Of a stretch of DNA of 64,000 nucleotides, positions 10,874 to 19,875 are shown one piece after another; position 1 is the stretch's first letter, and every line of letters starts with the position of its first letter. Below the pieces are notes generated by a model. That model had not been told where the DNA came from. It ran no database searches and saw only the letters and a list, made by a program, of their open reading frames with translations. The DNA lies in assembly GCA_963850305.1 (NCBI GenBank), contig CAWKKR010000005.1:192001-256000 (forward strand), written 5' to 3'. The translations under genes and the position numbers were made by a program. The stretch is from an uncultured delta proteobacterium. Lineage in GTDB: Bacteria > Myxococcota_A > Polyangia > Polyangiales > Polyangiaceae.

Positions 10874-12304
10874 ATGCGAGCCGAGGCCTCGGTTCTTCTC
10901 GTGGCGATGGCCGTCGGGCACACGGCCGTTGCGCGCGCCGAAGGTGCTGGAGCCGCAGCACCCGTCGCGGTGGCAAGCGCCGGCGCCGCCGTGACCACGC
11001 TCCCGGTCAACGTCGCTCCACCGTCGACGACGCACCGCTACACGCTGAAAGAGTGCCTCGCGTTCGCGGAGAACAACTACCCGAAGGTTCACGAAGCCGC
11101 CGCGCAGCTCGCCCGCATGCGGGCCCAGGTGTTCGAAGCGCGGACCGCGCCGTTCAGTCAGTTCTCCGCGCAGGCGGGGGTAACCCTCGCGCCGACCGTA
11201 GAGGGCACGGCTCTTTACAGCCCGAACACCGACGCAACCATCACCTCGAGCATGGCGCTGGCGTGGCGCGTCGGCGTGGAGGGGGCGGTGCCGCTCTGGA
11301 CCTTCGGAAAGATCTCGAGCGCCATCGAAGCCGCGAACGACCAAACCAAGGTCGGCGAGCAAAACGTACGGAAAGCGAAGAACGAGGTCGATCTGTCCGT
11401 TCGGCAGGCGTTCTACGGCGTTCTCCTGGCGCGCGACGCACTGGCGCTCCTCGACGAGGCGATCGGGCGGGTGGACAAGTATCTCCCGCAGGCGCAGCAG
11501 AAGTCGGACTCCGGCGACGGAGACGACATCCCGCTCCTGAAGCTCAAGATTCATCGAGCGGAGCTCGAGGCACGTCGCAGCGAGGCGACGAAGGAGAAGA
11601 GTATCGCCCTCGCGAATCTCCGGTTCTTGACCGGGCAAGGCTCGTCGCTCGATGTCCCGGACGAACCGCTCCGGAAAGTGGCGCGCCCGCTCGGCCCGGT
11701 CTCGGAGTATCTTGCCGCTGCTCGGCTCTTCCGTCCCGAGATCAACATGGCTCGCGCCGGCGTGCTCGCGCGCAAGGCGCAGCTCGACCTCGAACGGGCG
11801 CGTTTTTATCCGGACATCGCCTTCGCGGCTTCCGCGTCGCGCTCGTACGCCCCCGAGATCGCCGACCAGCTGAATCCGTTCGTCTATGACCAGGCGAACT
11901 ACACGCGATACGGCCTCGGTCTCGTCGTGAACTGGACTCTGGACTTCCTGCCGCGCGCCGCGAAGGTCGAACAGGCGGAAGCGCAGCTGGACGAGATCCG
12001 GGCGACCGAGCGCTTTGCCCTCGGCGGCGTGGGCGTCGAGGTAGAGACCGCGTTCGCCGAGGCGCAAGACGCCAGCCGGCGGCTCGATGCGTTCACCGAA
12101 GCCGTTCGCTACGCGCGTCAGTGGCTGGTCAAGGTCCAGGAGGGGATCGACGTCGGGACGTTCGACGACGACGAGATCGTCGATCCGGCGAAGGAGTACG
12201 CACTCCGCCGCTTCGCGCAGATGAGCGCGATCCTCGACTACAATGTCGCGATGGCGAAGCTCGCGCTCGCCACGGGCTGGGACGCCGTCGCGCCCGAAGA
12301 GTGA
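10874..12304 (+). CDS. TolC-family outer-membrane efflux protein
   Basis: Signal peptide, TLKECLAFA, PLWTFGKI, RPEI, ARFYPDI, YNVAMAKLALATG. Confidence 0.88.
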   Translation: MRAEASVLLVAMAVGHTAVARAEGAGAAAPVAVASAGAAVTTLPVNVAPPSTTHRYTLKECLAFAENNYPKVHEAAAQLARMRAQVFEARTAPFSQFSAQAGVTLAPTVEGTALYSPNTDATITSSMALAWRVGVEGAVPLWTFGKISSAIEAANDQTKVGEQNVRKAKNEVDLSVRQAFYGVLLARDALALLDEAIGRVDKYLPQAQQKSDSGDGDDIPLLKLKIHRAELEARRSEATKEKSIALANLRFLTGQGSSLDVPDEPLRKVARPLGPVSEYLAAARLFRPEINMARAGVLARKAQLDLERARFYPDIAFAASASRSYAPEIADQLNPFVYDQANYTRYGLGLVVNWTLDFLPRAAKVEQAEAQLDEIRATERFALGGVGVEVETAFAEAQDASRRLDAFTEAVRYARQWLVKVQEGIDVGTFDDDEIVDPAKEYALRRFAQMSAILDYNVAMAKLALATGWDAVAPEE

Positions 12305-12458
12305 ACGCGCCACAATCCCACACCGTGTGATCAACGACCCCGCTTGGTCCTTGGTCCAGCCGATTCACGGCCCGCTCGGGGAACGAGCCGGCCGAAGGCG
12401 GCGGGGGAGCGGCTGCGAAGCAAACCACGGGCGCGGGCAACGCCTCCAGGTAAGTGAA

Positions 12459-14462
12459 TCAGACGGAGTGCGCCTTCGAATCGCGCTCGTCCAGCTTCTT
12501 CTCGATGCTCGAAAGGGCGTTCGTGATCGCCTCGGTCACCATCGTGATGATGACCGGGAGCTGACCCCGCAACGCCTCGTAATACCGTTGTCTCTCGGTC
12601 GAATGAATCAACGCGGGCGGGCAGTCCGCGCGCATGAGCAGCAAGTTCATGAATAGACGAGCGACCTTCCCGCTGTCGAGAGCGAAGGGGAACACGCGCA
12701 GGAGATCGTAGTGGGCGCGGGCCACGATCCGAACGGTGTTCTTCAGCTTCTTCGGTTCGGGGCCGTTCATCCAGTCGAACACCTGGCGGACCTTGTAGGC
12801 AATCTTGTCGGGCGCGGCATACTCGTGGAAGTAGAGCCGGTGCTGCGGGATGTCCTTCCGGTACTTCACGGTCTTCAGATCCCCCTCTTCGGGGTGCAGG
12901 ATGAGGTAAATCCGCTTCACCGTGTCGATGGTGACCGGCACGCGCTTCTTCTCGGCCTGCTCGCGTACGTACTCGATGGCGGCCTTGTGACGACGGATCT
13001 CGTCGCAGACGGCCTGCATGCTCGAGTCCGGCACGACGGCCACGTTCGGATTGATCGCCATCCGCAGCTCGTCGTACGTGTAGACGACGCCTTCGAGCGC
13101 GCTGTCGTGATAGATCCACGACATCAGGAGGCTCTCTTCGTACTCGTGGCGGAACGCGTCGTCCGTCTGGCGGAGCCGCTGGTTGATCAGGGCATAGCGT
13201 TCTTCGATCGACGCCGGTGGCGGCGCGGGCGGCGCGGGCGGAATGGTCCGGACGATGGGATGGTGCGGTTCACCATCGGCGCGCATCGGGGCCTTGGGGA
13301 TGCGAAGATTCGCGAATCGATTCTCGTCGGCTTCGGCGTCGGCCGCTCGCCGCGTCCGTGACTGATCCGGGATCGACGACGGCGTATAGACGCGCGTCGT
13401 CGCGACGGCGCGTCCGCTCGCCGCGGCGCGACTCGCCCGCGTGGCGCGCACCACGCGACCTTCGAGGGCTCTTCGTGCGGCCTCTCGCTCGGCTCGCAGC
13501 CGCGCTTGTTCGGCCTCCTTGGCCTTCCGGTAGGCCTCGCGCTCCGCGTCGCGTTTCGCGCGCTCCTCCTCTTTTCTGCGTCGCGCCTCGTCGCGCAGCC
13601 GGTCCCGCTCGGCTTCCCGCTCGGCTTTCAACCGCACGCGCTCGGCCTCTCGCTCGGCCTTCAGCCGCGCACCTTCGACCTCCTTCGCCTTCTGTTCGGC
13701 GGCGCGCTTGGCCTCCCGCTCTTTCGCGATGCGGAGTAACTCCTTCTCTTTGACCTTCTTCGCGGCCGCGCGCTCGCGTGTCAGACGCTCGGCGGCGCGC
13801 TTTCGCTCCTTCTGGAGCCGCGCCTTGGCCTTCTCCGCTTCCCGGCGCTTTCGCTCCTTCTCCGCGAGGGCAAGGCTCTTCGCTTTTGCGCGCTCGGCCT
13901 GCTGCTTCGCCTTGGCCTTCTCGGCCTCGCGGCGCTTCCGCTCTTTCTCGGCGCGTAGCTTCGCCTTTTTGGCCTTCTCGGCCTCGCGGCGTTTGCCTTC
14001 CTTTTCGGCCTCGCGGCGCCTCCGCTCTTTCTCGGCGCGTAGCTTCGCTTGCTTTGCCTCGGCCCCGCGGCGCTTGCGCTGCTTCTCCGCTTCCCGGCGC
14101 TCGCGCTCCTTTGCGGCCCGCAGCTTGGCCTTCTCGGCCTCCCGATGTTTACGGGCCTTTGCGGCCTCGGCCCGCACCCGGTCCTTTTCCGCCTGGGCGC
14201 GCTTCCGCTTCTGTTCGACGAGGCGCTTCAGCTTCCTTGCCGCCTTGTCCTTCGCCCTGGCGTGCTTTGCGGCGGCCTCCTTCGCCTTGCGAGCCTGCTT
14301 CTTGCCAGCCTTCTTCGCCTTCCGGGCCGCGGAGCCCGACGGCTTCTTCGCCGCGGCTCGACTTCCCTCTGTTCGGGGCCGTCGAGAATTCGCACGCTTC
14401 CCCCCTCGTGACTGCTTTTTCACGTGGGCTTTCCGGGACTTCGATTTGCTATGACCCGCCAT
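12459..14462 (-). CDS. Fic-domain protein with degenerate active-site motif and long K/A/E/R-rich N-terminal region
   Basis: WIYHDSALEG, IKRIY-like VKRIYLIL, HYDLLRVFPFALDSGKVARLFMNLLL, ERQRYYEAL. About 400 N-terminal residues are low-complexity and charged. Confidence 0.85.
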   Translation of the reverse strand: MAGHSKSKSRKAHVKKQSRGGKRANSRRPRTEGSRAAAKKPSGSAARKAKKAGKKQARKAKEAAAKHARAKDKAARKLKRLVEQKRKRAQAEKDRVRAEAAKARKHREAEKAKLRAAKERERREAEKQRKRRGAEAKQAKLRAEKERRRREAEKEGKRREAEKAKKAKLRAEKERKRREAEKAKAKQQAERAKAKSLALAEKERKRREAEKAKARLQKERKRAAERLTRERAAAKKVKEKELLRIAKEREAKRAAEQKAKEVEGARLKAEREAERVRLKAEREAERDRLRDEARRRKEEERAKRDAEREAYRKAKEAEQARLRAEREAARRALEGRVVRATRASRAAASGRAVATTRVYTPSSIPDQSRTRRAADAEADENRFANLRIPKAPMRADGEPHHPIVRTIPPAPPAPPPASIEERYALINQRLRQTDDAFRHEYEESLLMSWIYHDSALEGVVYTYDELRMAINPNVAVVPDSSMQAVCDEIRRHKAAIEYVREQAEKKRVPVTIDTVKRIYLILHPEEGDLKTVKYRKDIPQHRLYFHEYAAPDKIAYKVRQVFDWMNGPEPKKLKNTVRIVARAHYDLLRVFPFALDSGKVARLFMNLLLMRADCPPALIHSTERQRYYEALRGQLPVIITMVTEAITNALSSIEKKLDERDSKAHSV
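13830..14140 (-). repeat. Intragenic tandem repeats encoding KLRAEKERxRREAEK units
   Basis: Near-identical ~44-bp copies at 13921-13964 and 14005-14048 (tcggcctcgcggcgc[t/c]tccgctctttctcggcgcgtagcttcgc), plus more diverged copies. Confidence 0.85.
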
Positions 14463-14578
14463 TCGACGCACGGTCCGACCCCCGAATCGCGAACCCCAGG
14501 GGGTCGACCAAAAACCGCCCGGCGCCTGACCGTTTCAGGCTTGCCTACGGAGCGCAACCCGGGAAATCGGGAGCCGCG

Positions 14579-14608
14579 AAGCTAGTCGCGTCAGGCGTAT
14601 TCCGTCAA
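14579..14608 (-). promoter_or_regulatory. Putative sigma70-type promoter for the Fic gene
   Basis: TTGACG-18 bp-TAGCTT on the minus strand, ~120 bp upstream of the ATG. Confidence 0.5.
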
Positions 14609-14644
14609 GCGGCGCGGTCACATCCGCCGTCACCGCCGAGCGGC

Positions 14645-15478
14645 TCAGGCTGCGGTCGGAGCGCCGGGCGTCGTCCAGTAGTCGGGAAAAATCTCGCTCC
14701 GCGGCAGGGGACCGGGGCGCCTCGTGAGGATCTCGCAACCCGTGTCCGTCACCACCACGGTGTGCTCGAATTGAGCCGAAAGCTCGCCGTCCGCGGTCAC
14801 GGCCGTCCATTCGTCCGCGAGCACTTCCACGTCCGGCACGCCGAGGTTGATCATGGGCTCTATCGTGAACGTCATGCCCGGTTTGAGCCGGATGCCCCGC
14901 CCCCGGATCCCGACATGCAGCACCTTCGGTTCCTCGTGGAATTTCCGCCCAATCCCGTGGCCGACGAAGTCCGTGACGACGGAGCAGCCGAGCCCCTCGG
15001 CGAACTCCTGGATGGCCGCGCCGATGTCGCCGAGCCGGGCTCCCGGTCTGACCTCGGCGATCCCGAGGTCCAGGCACTTGCGAGTAATCTCCGTGATCTT
15101 CTTGGCTTTCTCGCCCGGCGTTCCGACGTAGAACGTCGCCGAGGTGTCGCCGTGAAAGCCCTTGTAGATATGCGTCACGTCGATATTGATGATGTCCCCA
15201 TCGACCAGTTTCTGCGGCCCTGGGATGCCATGGCACACCACCTCATTGATCGATGTGCAGACACTCTTCGGGAAGCCGAGGTAGTTCAGGGGTGCGGGCC
15301 GGCAGCCCTTCTTCAGCGTGTCCGCGTGGACGAAGGCGTCAATCTCGTCGGTCGTCACGCCGGGCCGCACGAGCTCCCAGGTCGCGAAGAGGGTCTCCGC
15401 GGCGAGGCGCCCGGCCTCCCGCATGATGTCGATTTCTCCGGCGGTCTTTATCTGGACGGTCTTTGGACGGAAGTGCAT
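14645..15478 (-). CDS. map: Methionine aminopeptidase type I
   Basis: CTSINEVVCHGIP, NIDVT, GFHGDTS, GHGIG..FHEEP, FTIEPMIN, SAQFEHT. Confidence 0.97.
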   Translation of the reverse strand: MHFRPKTVQIKTAGEIDIMREAGRLAAETLFATWELVRPGVTTDEIDAFVHADTLKKGCRPAPLNYLGFPKSVCTSINEVVCHGIPGPQKLVDGDIINIDVTHIYKGFHGDTSATFYVGTPGEKAKKITEITRKCLDLGIAEVRPGARLGDIGAAIQEFAEGLGCSVVTDFVGHGIGRKFHEEPKVLHVGIRGRGIRLKPGMTFTIEPMINLGVPDVEVLADEWTAVTADGELSAQFEHTVVVTDTGCEILTRRPGPLPRSEIFPDYWTTPGAPTAA

Positions 15479-15484
15479 CGGTGT

Positions 15485-16063
15485 TCAGCGCGCAGTTTGC
15501 ACCCCGGTGCGCCTGCCGTCGAGGGCCTTCGCGTGTCCGAGGAGTGCCGTCAATCCTGGGACGTCGCCGTCGCCGTACCAGTGAACTCGCGGCTCCCCCG
15601 CCTGCACGAAGTGCCTGAGGAACAAGACGAATCGTGTTCCGACCAGGCGGTCGCCGTGCGCCTGGACCGAGCCGAGCGACGGATTGTCCGTCTCGATATC
15701 GAGCTCGAGGTGCGGATCCGGAACGCGCCCGAGGAGCGGGGAGCCCTCTGGAACGAGCCCCAGGGTGTACTCCCTCGTGTCGTCGGACAGCTCCTGTGAG
15801 ACCGTCGCGATCCGCACCACCACCACCGAATCCGCCGCCCGGATCCGCACCGGGAGCTTCGGGTCGTCCTCGAGCGCGGTCTCAGGAGGAAGTCCGAACA
15901 CCGTGGGGGCGAGCACGTCGTCGAAGATGGACGCTTCCTCCGGCGTGTACGGCGGCAGCCCGCTCACGGCGGAAACGGCTCTCGCCGGCGCTTCCGCGCA
16001 CGAAAAGAGACACCCAGCCGCGAGGGTAAGAGGAGCAAGCCAGCGCTGCATCTCCCCGCACAA
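15485..16063 (-). CDS. Hypothetical lipoprotein
   Basis: Signal-like N-terminus with Cys (AAGCLFSC); co-oriented 6 bp upstream of map. Confidence 0.65.
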   Translation of the reverse strand: MCGEMQRWLAPLTLAAGCLFSCAEAPARAVSAVSGLPPYTPEEASIFDDVLAPTVFGLPPETALEDDPKLPVRIRAADSVVVVRIATVSQELSDDTREYTLGLVPEGSPLLGRVPDPHLELDIETDNPSLGSVQAHGDRLVGTRFVLFLRHFVQAGEPRVHWYGDGDVPGLTALLGHAKALDGRRTGVQTAR

Positions 16064-16145
16064 CTAGCACCGACCCGGATTTTCCCCCCGCACTTCGCGG
16101 CACGGTCTGTCATTTGAGGGCTTCTCGGAGTAGATCCTGACGCCC

Positions 16146-16976
16146 ATGAAAACGAGGGTAGCTGCACTCATCGTCGGTCTCTTGCTCGGAGGCCTCGCCA
16201 CGAGCTCCGTTCAGGCTCGCCCCGTCGTCCTGGGCAGACCCAGCGCAAAGAAGGGCAAGGTCGGGAAAGAGCCCGGTCCCCCGGAAGTCACGAAGAAGGT
16301 CAAACTGTCCCCTGACGGCCTGGCGTTCGGGATCACCGTCGAGGAGCTATCGAAGCTCTACGACAAGGTCCTCGACGACGAGTACGTGCCGCTCTACGAG
16401 CACACGGACCCGGGTCCGCGAACCGCCGAGCTCGACGCGGAGCTTGCCGACAAGAAGGCCCTGATCCTCAGGCACAAGCTCGACTTCGGTTCCCTGCCGA
16501 GCGGGCTCGACGACACGCCGCTCTCCGACGAATACACCTACAACAACGGCGAGAGCATGACCCATCTCAGGGTCCACGGTGGTGTGCACCGGTACTTCTT
16601 TTTCATGGGGAACCGGCTGTGGAAGGTCTACGACATCCACAAGCTCGGGGAAAAGAGCAAGCTCGGCGCGGATTTCGACTCCGCCGTCGCGAAGCTCGCC
16701 AAGGAGTTCGGCAAGCCGCCGCGTGTGCGAAAAGCCGATCCGGGCGCCGGGCGAAAGATTGATCAGGTGGACTGGCAGGACAAGGACACCATCGTCCGGG
16801 CGCTCGACTATGGTGGCGATCAGATGGTGATCGCGTACATCGATCGAAAGACCGAGGAGCATCTCGACCGTTACCGGACGCACAAGGCGAGCAACGGCAA
16901 CGGCCTCGACCAGGACGTTTCCGCCGTCACGAACGAGGGTGGGCCGAAGCCGCCCAACATGGCGGGTCGCCACTGA
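16146..16976 (+). CDS. Hypothetical secreted protein
   Basis: Clear signal peptide (MKTRVAALIVGLLLGGLATSSVQA) and protein-like composition. Confidence 0.8.
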   Translation: MKTRVAALIVGLLLGGLATSSVQARPVVLGRPSAKKGKVGKEPGPPEVTKKVKLSPDGLAFGITVEELSKLYDKVLDDEYVPLYEHTDPGPRTAELDAELADKKALILRHKLDFGSLPSGLDDTPLSDEYTYNNGESMTHLRVHGGVHRYFFFMGNRLWKVYDIHKLGEKSKLGADFDSAVAKLAKEFGKPPRVRKADPGAGRKIDQVDWQDKDTIVRALDYGGDQMVIAYIDRKTEEHLDRYRTHKASNGNGLDQDVSAVTNEGGPKPPNMAGRH

Positions 16977-17044
16977 CGCTCTTTAGCGCAGGCCGAGCCC
17001 CACGTGGGGACGCCCGCGCGCTCCGTCTGCGCCGCTATCTGGCA

Positions 17045-17314
17045 CTAGTCCGCGACGAGCTCCGCGCCGGGGGGCAGCAACGCGCCGGAGGTCACGGTGA
17101 TGCGGACGTTCGGCGCGACGGCAAACAACGCCGGCTCGATCACGCGGCGCGTGGCCAGGGTATTGCCCGGGCACCCCGAGTACCGGCCCGTCAAGTGCAG
17201 GCTCACGGCCTCATCCGTCGCGTCCACCAGGTAGAGCCGGCCTCCGTCGGCACGGATGAGCGGCCCGACGATCTCTCGTACGACCCTGACGATCTCAGCC
17301 CGGGAGCCGGTCAT
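17045..17314 (-). CDS. NifU-like domain protein
   Basis: IVGPLIRADGG..LV..LHLTGRYSGCP...IEPAL matches the NifU C-terminal domain; first Cys of CxxC is replaced by Tyr. Confidence 0.85.
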   Translation of the reverse strand: MTGSRAEIVRVVREIVGPLIRADGGRLYLVDATDEAVSLHLTGRYSGCPGNTLATRRVIEPALFAVAPNVRITVTSGALLPPGAELVAD

Positions 17315-17583
17315 ACCAACTCCACTGTATCAGATCGGCGCGCTCCGGATCCGCCACGCCCGACAGCCCGGGACCCATCCGGTTCGCCCGGCGTCACGAG
17401 CTTTCGGCCCTGGCGAGCCCGATCACGATCCGCATTGCCGAACGGCGCGCCTTGATTTAGGTTCCGGCCCGCCTGAGCCGCTGCGTGGCGCATAACTGCT
17501 CGCTCACGGGCCCTCTGGCGCCGCCTGTCGCCGGTGCTACGTTCCGCGCGCCGCGACAATCACCGCAGGGAAACGCTTCATCC

Positions 17584-17841
17584 ATGGCCGTTCACATTCG
17601 TCTCTCCCGTCACGGGACTAAGAAACTCCCGTTTTATCGCATCGTGGTCACGGACCATCGCAGCCGGAGAGACGGTCGGTTCATCGAGAACATCGGGACG
17701 TTCACGCCCACGCCGGACCCCGGCGCTCTGGTGCTCGACCGGGATCGCCTCTCGTACTGGAGGAGCATTGGCGCGGAAGCGTCGCACACGCTCGTTCGAC
17801 TGCTCAGGAAACACCCGGCGCCTGCCGCCGCGGCGACCTGA
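17584..17841 (+). CDS. rpsP: 30S ribosomal protein S16
   Basis: MAVHIRLSRHGTKKLPFYRIVVTDHRSRRDGRFIENIGTF. Confidence 0.97.
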   Translation: MAVHIRLSRHGTKKLPFYRIVVTDHRSRRDGRFIENIGTFTPTPDPGALVLDRDRLSYWRSIGAEASHTLVRLLRKHPAPAAAAT

Positions 17842-17871
17842 TCCCGTTCGCGACTCCCGGAGGATCTCGGC

Positions 17872-18108
17872 ATGGCGCTGAAAGAGCTGATTCGAATCAT
17901 CGCGCAGTCGCTCGTCGACGAGCCTGACGCGGTGGACGTCCACGAGGTGGAGGGGGATCGGAACTGCCTCATCGAGCTCCGGGTCGCGAAGGGCGACATC
18001 GGCAAGGTGATCGGCAAGGACGGTCGAACGGCGCAATCGATGAGAGCGATCCTCTCCGCCGCTTCGACGAAGGCGGGCCGCCGCGCGCACCTCGACATCG
18101 TCGATTGA
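17872..18108 (+). CDS. khpA: KH-domain RNA-binding protein
   Basis: LVDEPD, DIGKVIGKDGRTA; canonical position after rpsP. Confidence 0.93.
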   Translation: MALKELIRIIAQSLVDEPDAVDVHEVEGDRNCLIELRVAKGDIGKVIGKDGRTAQSMRAILSAASTKAGRRAHLDIVD

Positions 18109-18605
18109 CGCTGGTCGAGATCGGTCGCGTCACGCGCCCCCACGGCGTTCGCGGCGAGGTGCGTGTGCACCTGCACTTCGCGGGGAGCGACACGCTCGAC
18201 CGAGTGAAGACGGTGACCCTCGTACACCGCGGGGAGTCGGTCCCGCGCAAGGTCCTCGCCGCGCGGCGAGCGGACAAGGCGATGCTCCTCCGGTTCGAAG
18301 GCATTGCCGATCGGGACGGCGCGGAGTCGCTCCGCGGCGCGGGCGTGTGCGTCCCGCGCGACGTCCTGCCGCCCGTCGAAGACGGCGAGTACTACCTGTG
18401 TGATCTCATCGGCGCGCGCGTCGTGGGGCCCGACGGAGACGTCGGCGAGGTGGTCGAAGTGCGAGTGCATCCGTCCGTCGACGCGCTCGTCGTGAAGACG
18501 CCCGACGGGCGGCTTCTGGAGCAGGCCCTCGCGGACCCGTGGATCGCGAACGTGGATGCCGTCGCGAAGGTCGTCGAGCTGTCGACCACAGACGGTCTCA
18601 TCTGA
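18105..18605 (+). CDS. rimM: 16S rRNA processing protein RimM
   Basis: IGRVTRPHGVRGEV, EYYLCDLIG; synteny. Confidence 0.95.
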   Translation: MTLVEIGRVTRPHGVRGEVRVHLHFAGSDTLDRVKTVTLVHRGESVPRKVLAARRADKAMLLRFEGIADRDGAESLRGAGVCVPRDVLPPVEDGEYYLCDLIGARVVGPDGDVGEVVEVRVHPSVDALVVKTPDGRLLEQALADPWIANVDAVAKVVELSTTDGLI

Positions 18606-18616
18606 GGGCCGCGCGC

Positions 18617-19321
18617 ATGCACATCCGTATCGTCACTCTGTTCCCGGAGCTCTTCACGACGTTCCTCGACACGAGCTTCGTCAAGAAGGCGATCGTCTCG
18701 GGAGCGCTCGGGGTTCACCTCGAGGCGCTCCGGCAACATGGCATCGGCAAGCACCTGAGCGTCGACGACACGCCGTACGGCGGAGGCGCGGGCATGGTGC
18801 TGCGCGTGGATTGCGTGTCCGCGGCCATCGAAGCCGCCGAAGGGACGGCAGGGCGCTCGCACCGCGTCTTGCTGACGCCCCAGGGCGCGCCGCTCCGGCA
18901 GGCCATGGCAGCGGCGCTCGTGGCGCGCGAGAACGTGACGCTCGTGTGCGGTCGCTACGAAGGCTTCGACGAGCGCGTGCGTGCGCTCGTCGACGAAGAG
19001 ATTTCCCTCGGCGACTTCGTGCTCGCCGGAGGCGAGGTGCCGGCGATGGCGATCATCGAGGCCTGTATCCGCCTCTTGCCCGGGGTGCTCGGCAACGACC
19101 AGTCCGTCTCGGAGGAATCCTTCGGCGACCCGGACGGCCTTCTGCTCGAGTATCCGCAGTACACGCGGCCCGCCTCGTTCCGCGGCATGGAGGTTCCGGA
19201 GATCCTCACGAAGGGCGATCACGGACGCATCGCGGCCTGGCGTCGCGACCGCGCCGCCGAGCGGACGCGAGAACGCCGCCCGGATCTCCTCCGTCCGCTC
19301 CCCGGCAAGGGGGCAAAGTGA
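18617..19321 (+). CDS. trmD: tRNA (guanine37-N1)-methyltransferase
   Basis: TLFPE, VDDTPYGGGAGMV, CGRYEGFDER, SLGDFVLAGGE, LEYPQYTRP. Confidence 0.97.
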   Translation: MHIRIVTLFPELFTTFLDTSFVKKAIVSGALGVHLEALRQHGIGKHLSVDDTPYGGGAGMVLRVDCVSAAIEAAEGTAGRSHRVLLTPQGAPLRQAMAAALVARENVTLVCGRYEGFDERVRALVDEEISLGDFVLAGGEVPAMAIIEACIRLLPGVLGNDQSVSEESFGDPDGLLLEYPQYTRPASFRGMEVPEILTKGDHGRIAAWRRDRAAERTRERRPDLLRPLPGKGAK

Positions 19322-19875
19322 GCCGTCCTCGCCGGCTGGCCGTGGCGCTCTTGCATCACCCGGTCGTCGATCGACAGGGCGCGGTCGTCACGACGGCGGT
19401 GACGAACCTCGACGTCCACGACATCGCCCGGAGCGCCCACACGTTCGGCGCGTCCGACTTCTTCGTCGTTCATCCGATCGCGGCGCAGCGAGAGCTCGTC
19501 ACGCGCATCCGCGATCACTGGGTCGAGGGCTCCGGCGGCAAGCGGATCCCCGATCGCAAACCGGCGATGGAGCTCGCGCGCATCGTCGAGTCGCTGGAGG
19601 CCGTCACCGCGGCGCTGCCCGGCGCGGAGCTCTGGGTCACCAGCGCCGCACCGGGCGGCACGTTCGAGCACTCCGCCGCCCGTGAGCTCATCGCGAGCGC
19701 AGGGCCGCCGATCGTGCTGTGCTTCGGCACGGGCTGGGGGCTAGCTCCCGAAGTGATGGAGCGCGCGGCGCGGCGCCTCTCGCCGATCCGCTCGCCCCGT
19801 GCCGACGGGTACAATCACCTGAGCGTCAGGGCTGCCGCGGCAATCCTGCTCGACCGGCTCCTCGGCGTGCAGTGA
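19318..19875 (+). CDS. SPOUT-type SAM-dependent RNA methyltransferase (trmD-associated family)
   Basis: ALLHHPV, TAVTNLDVHDIARS, FGTGWGL, YNHLSVRAAAAILLDRL; GTGA overlap with trmD. Confidence 0.88.
   Translation: MSRPRRLAVALLHHPVVDRQGAVVTTAVTNLDVHDIARSAHTFGASDFFVVHPIAAQRELVTRIRDHWVEGSGGKRIPDRKPAMELARIVESLEAVTAALPGAELWVTSAAPGGTFEHSAARELIASAGPPIVLCFGTGWGLAPEVMERAARRLSPIRSPRADGYNHLSVRAAAAILLDRLLGVQ

Noticed and set aside
13708..15799. Long plus-strand ORFs opposite the Fic gene and map
   Set aside because: Antisense shadows of GC-rich coding sequence with no recognisable domains, like most Arg/Pro-rich ORFs in the track.
17315..17583. Possible ncRNA upstream of rpsP
   Set aside because: No recognisable RNA motif or convincing structure beyond GC-rich background.
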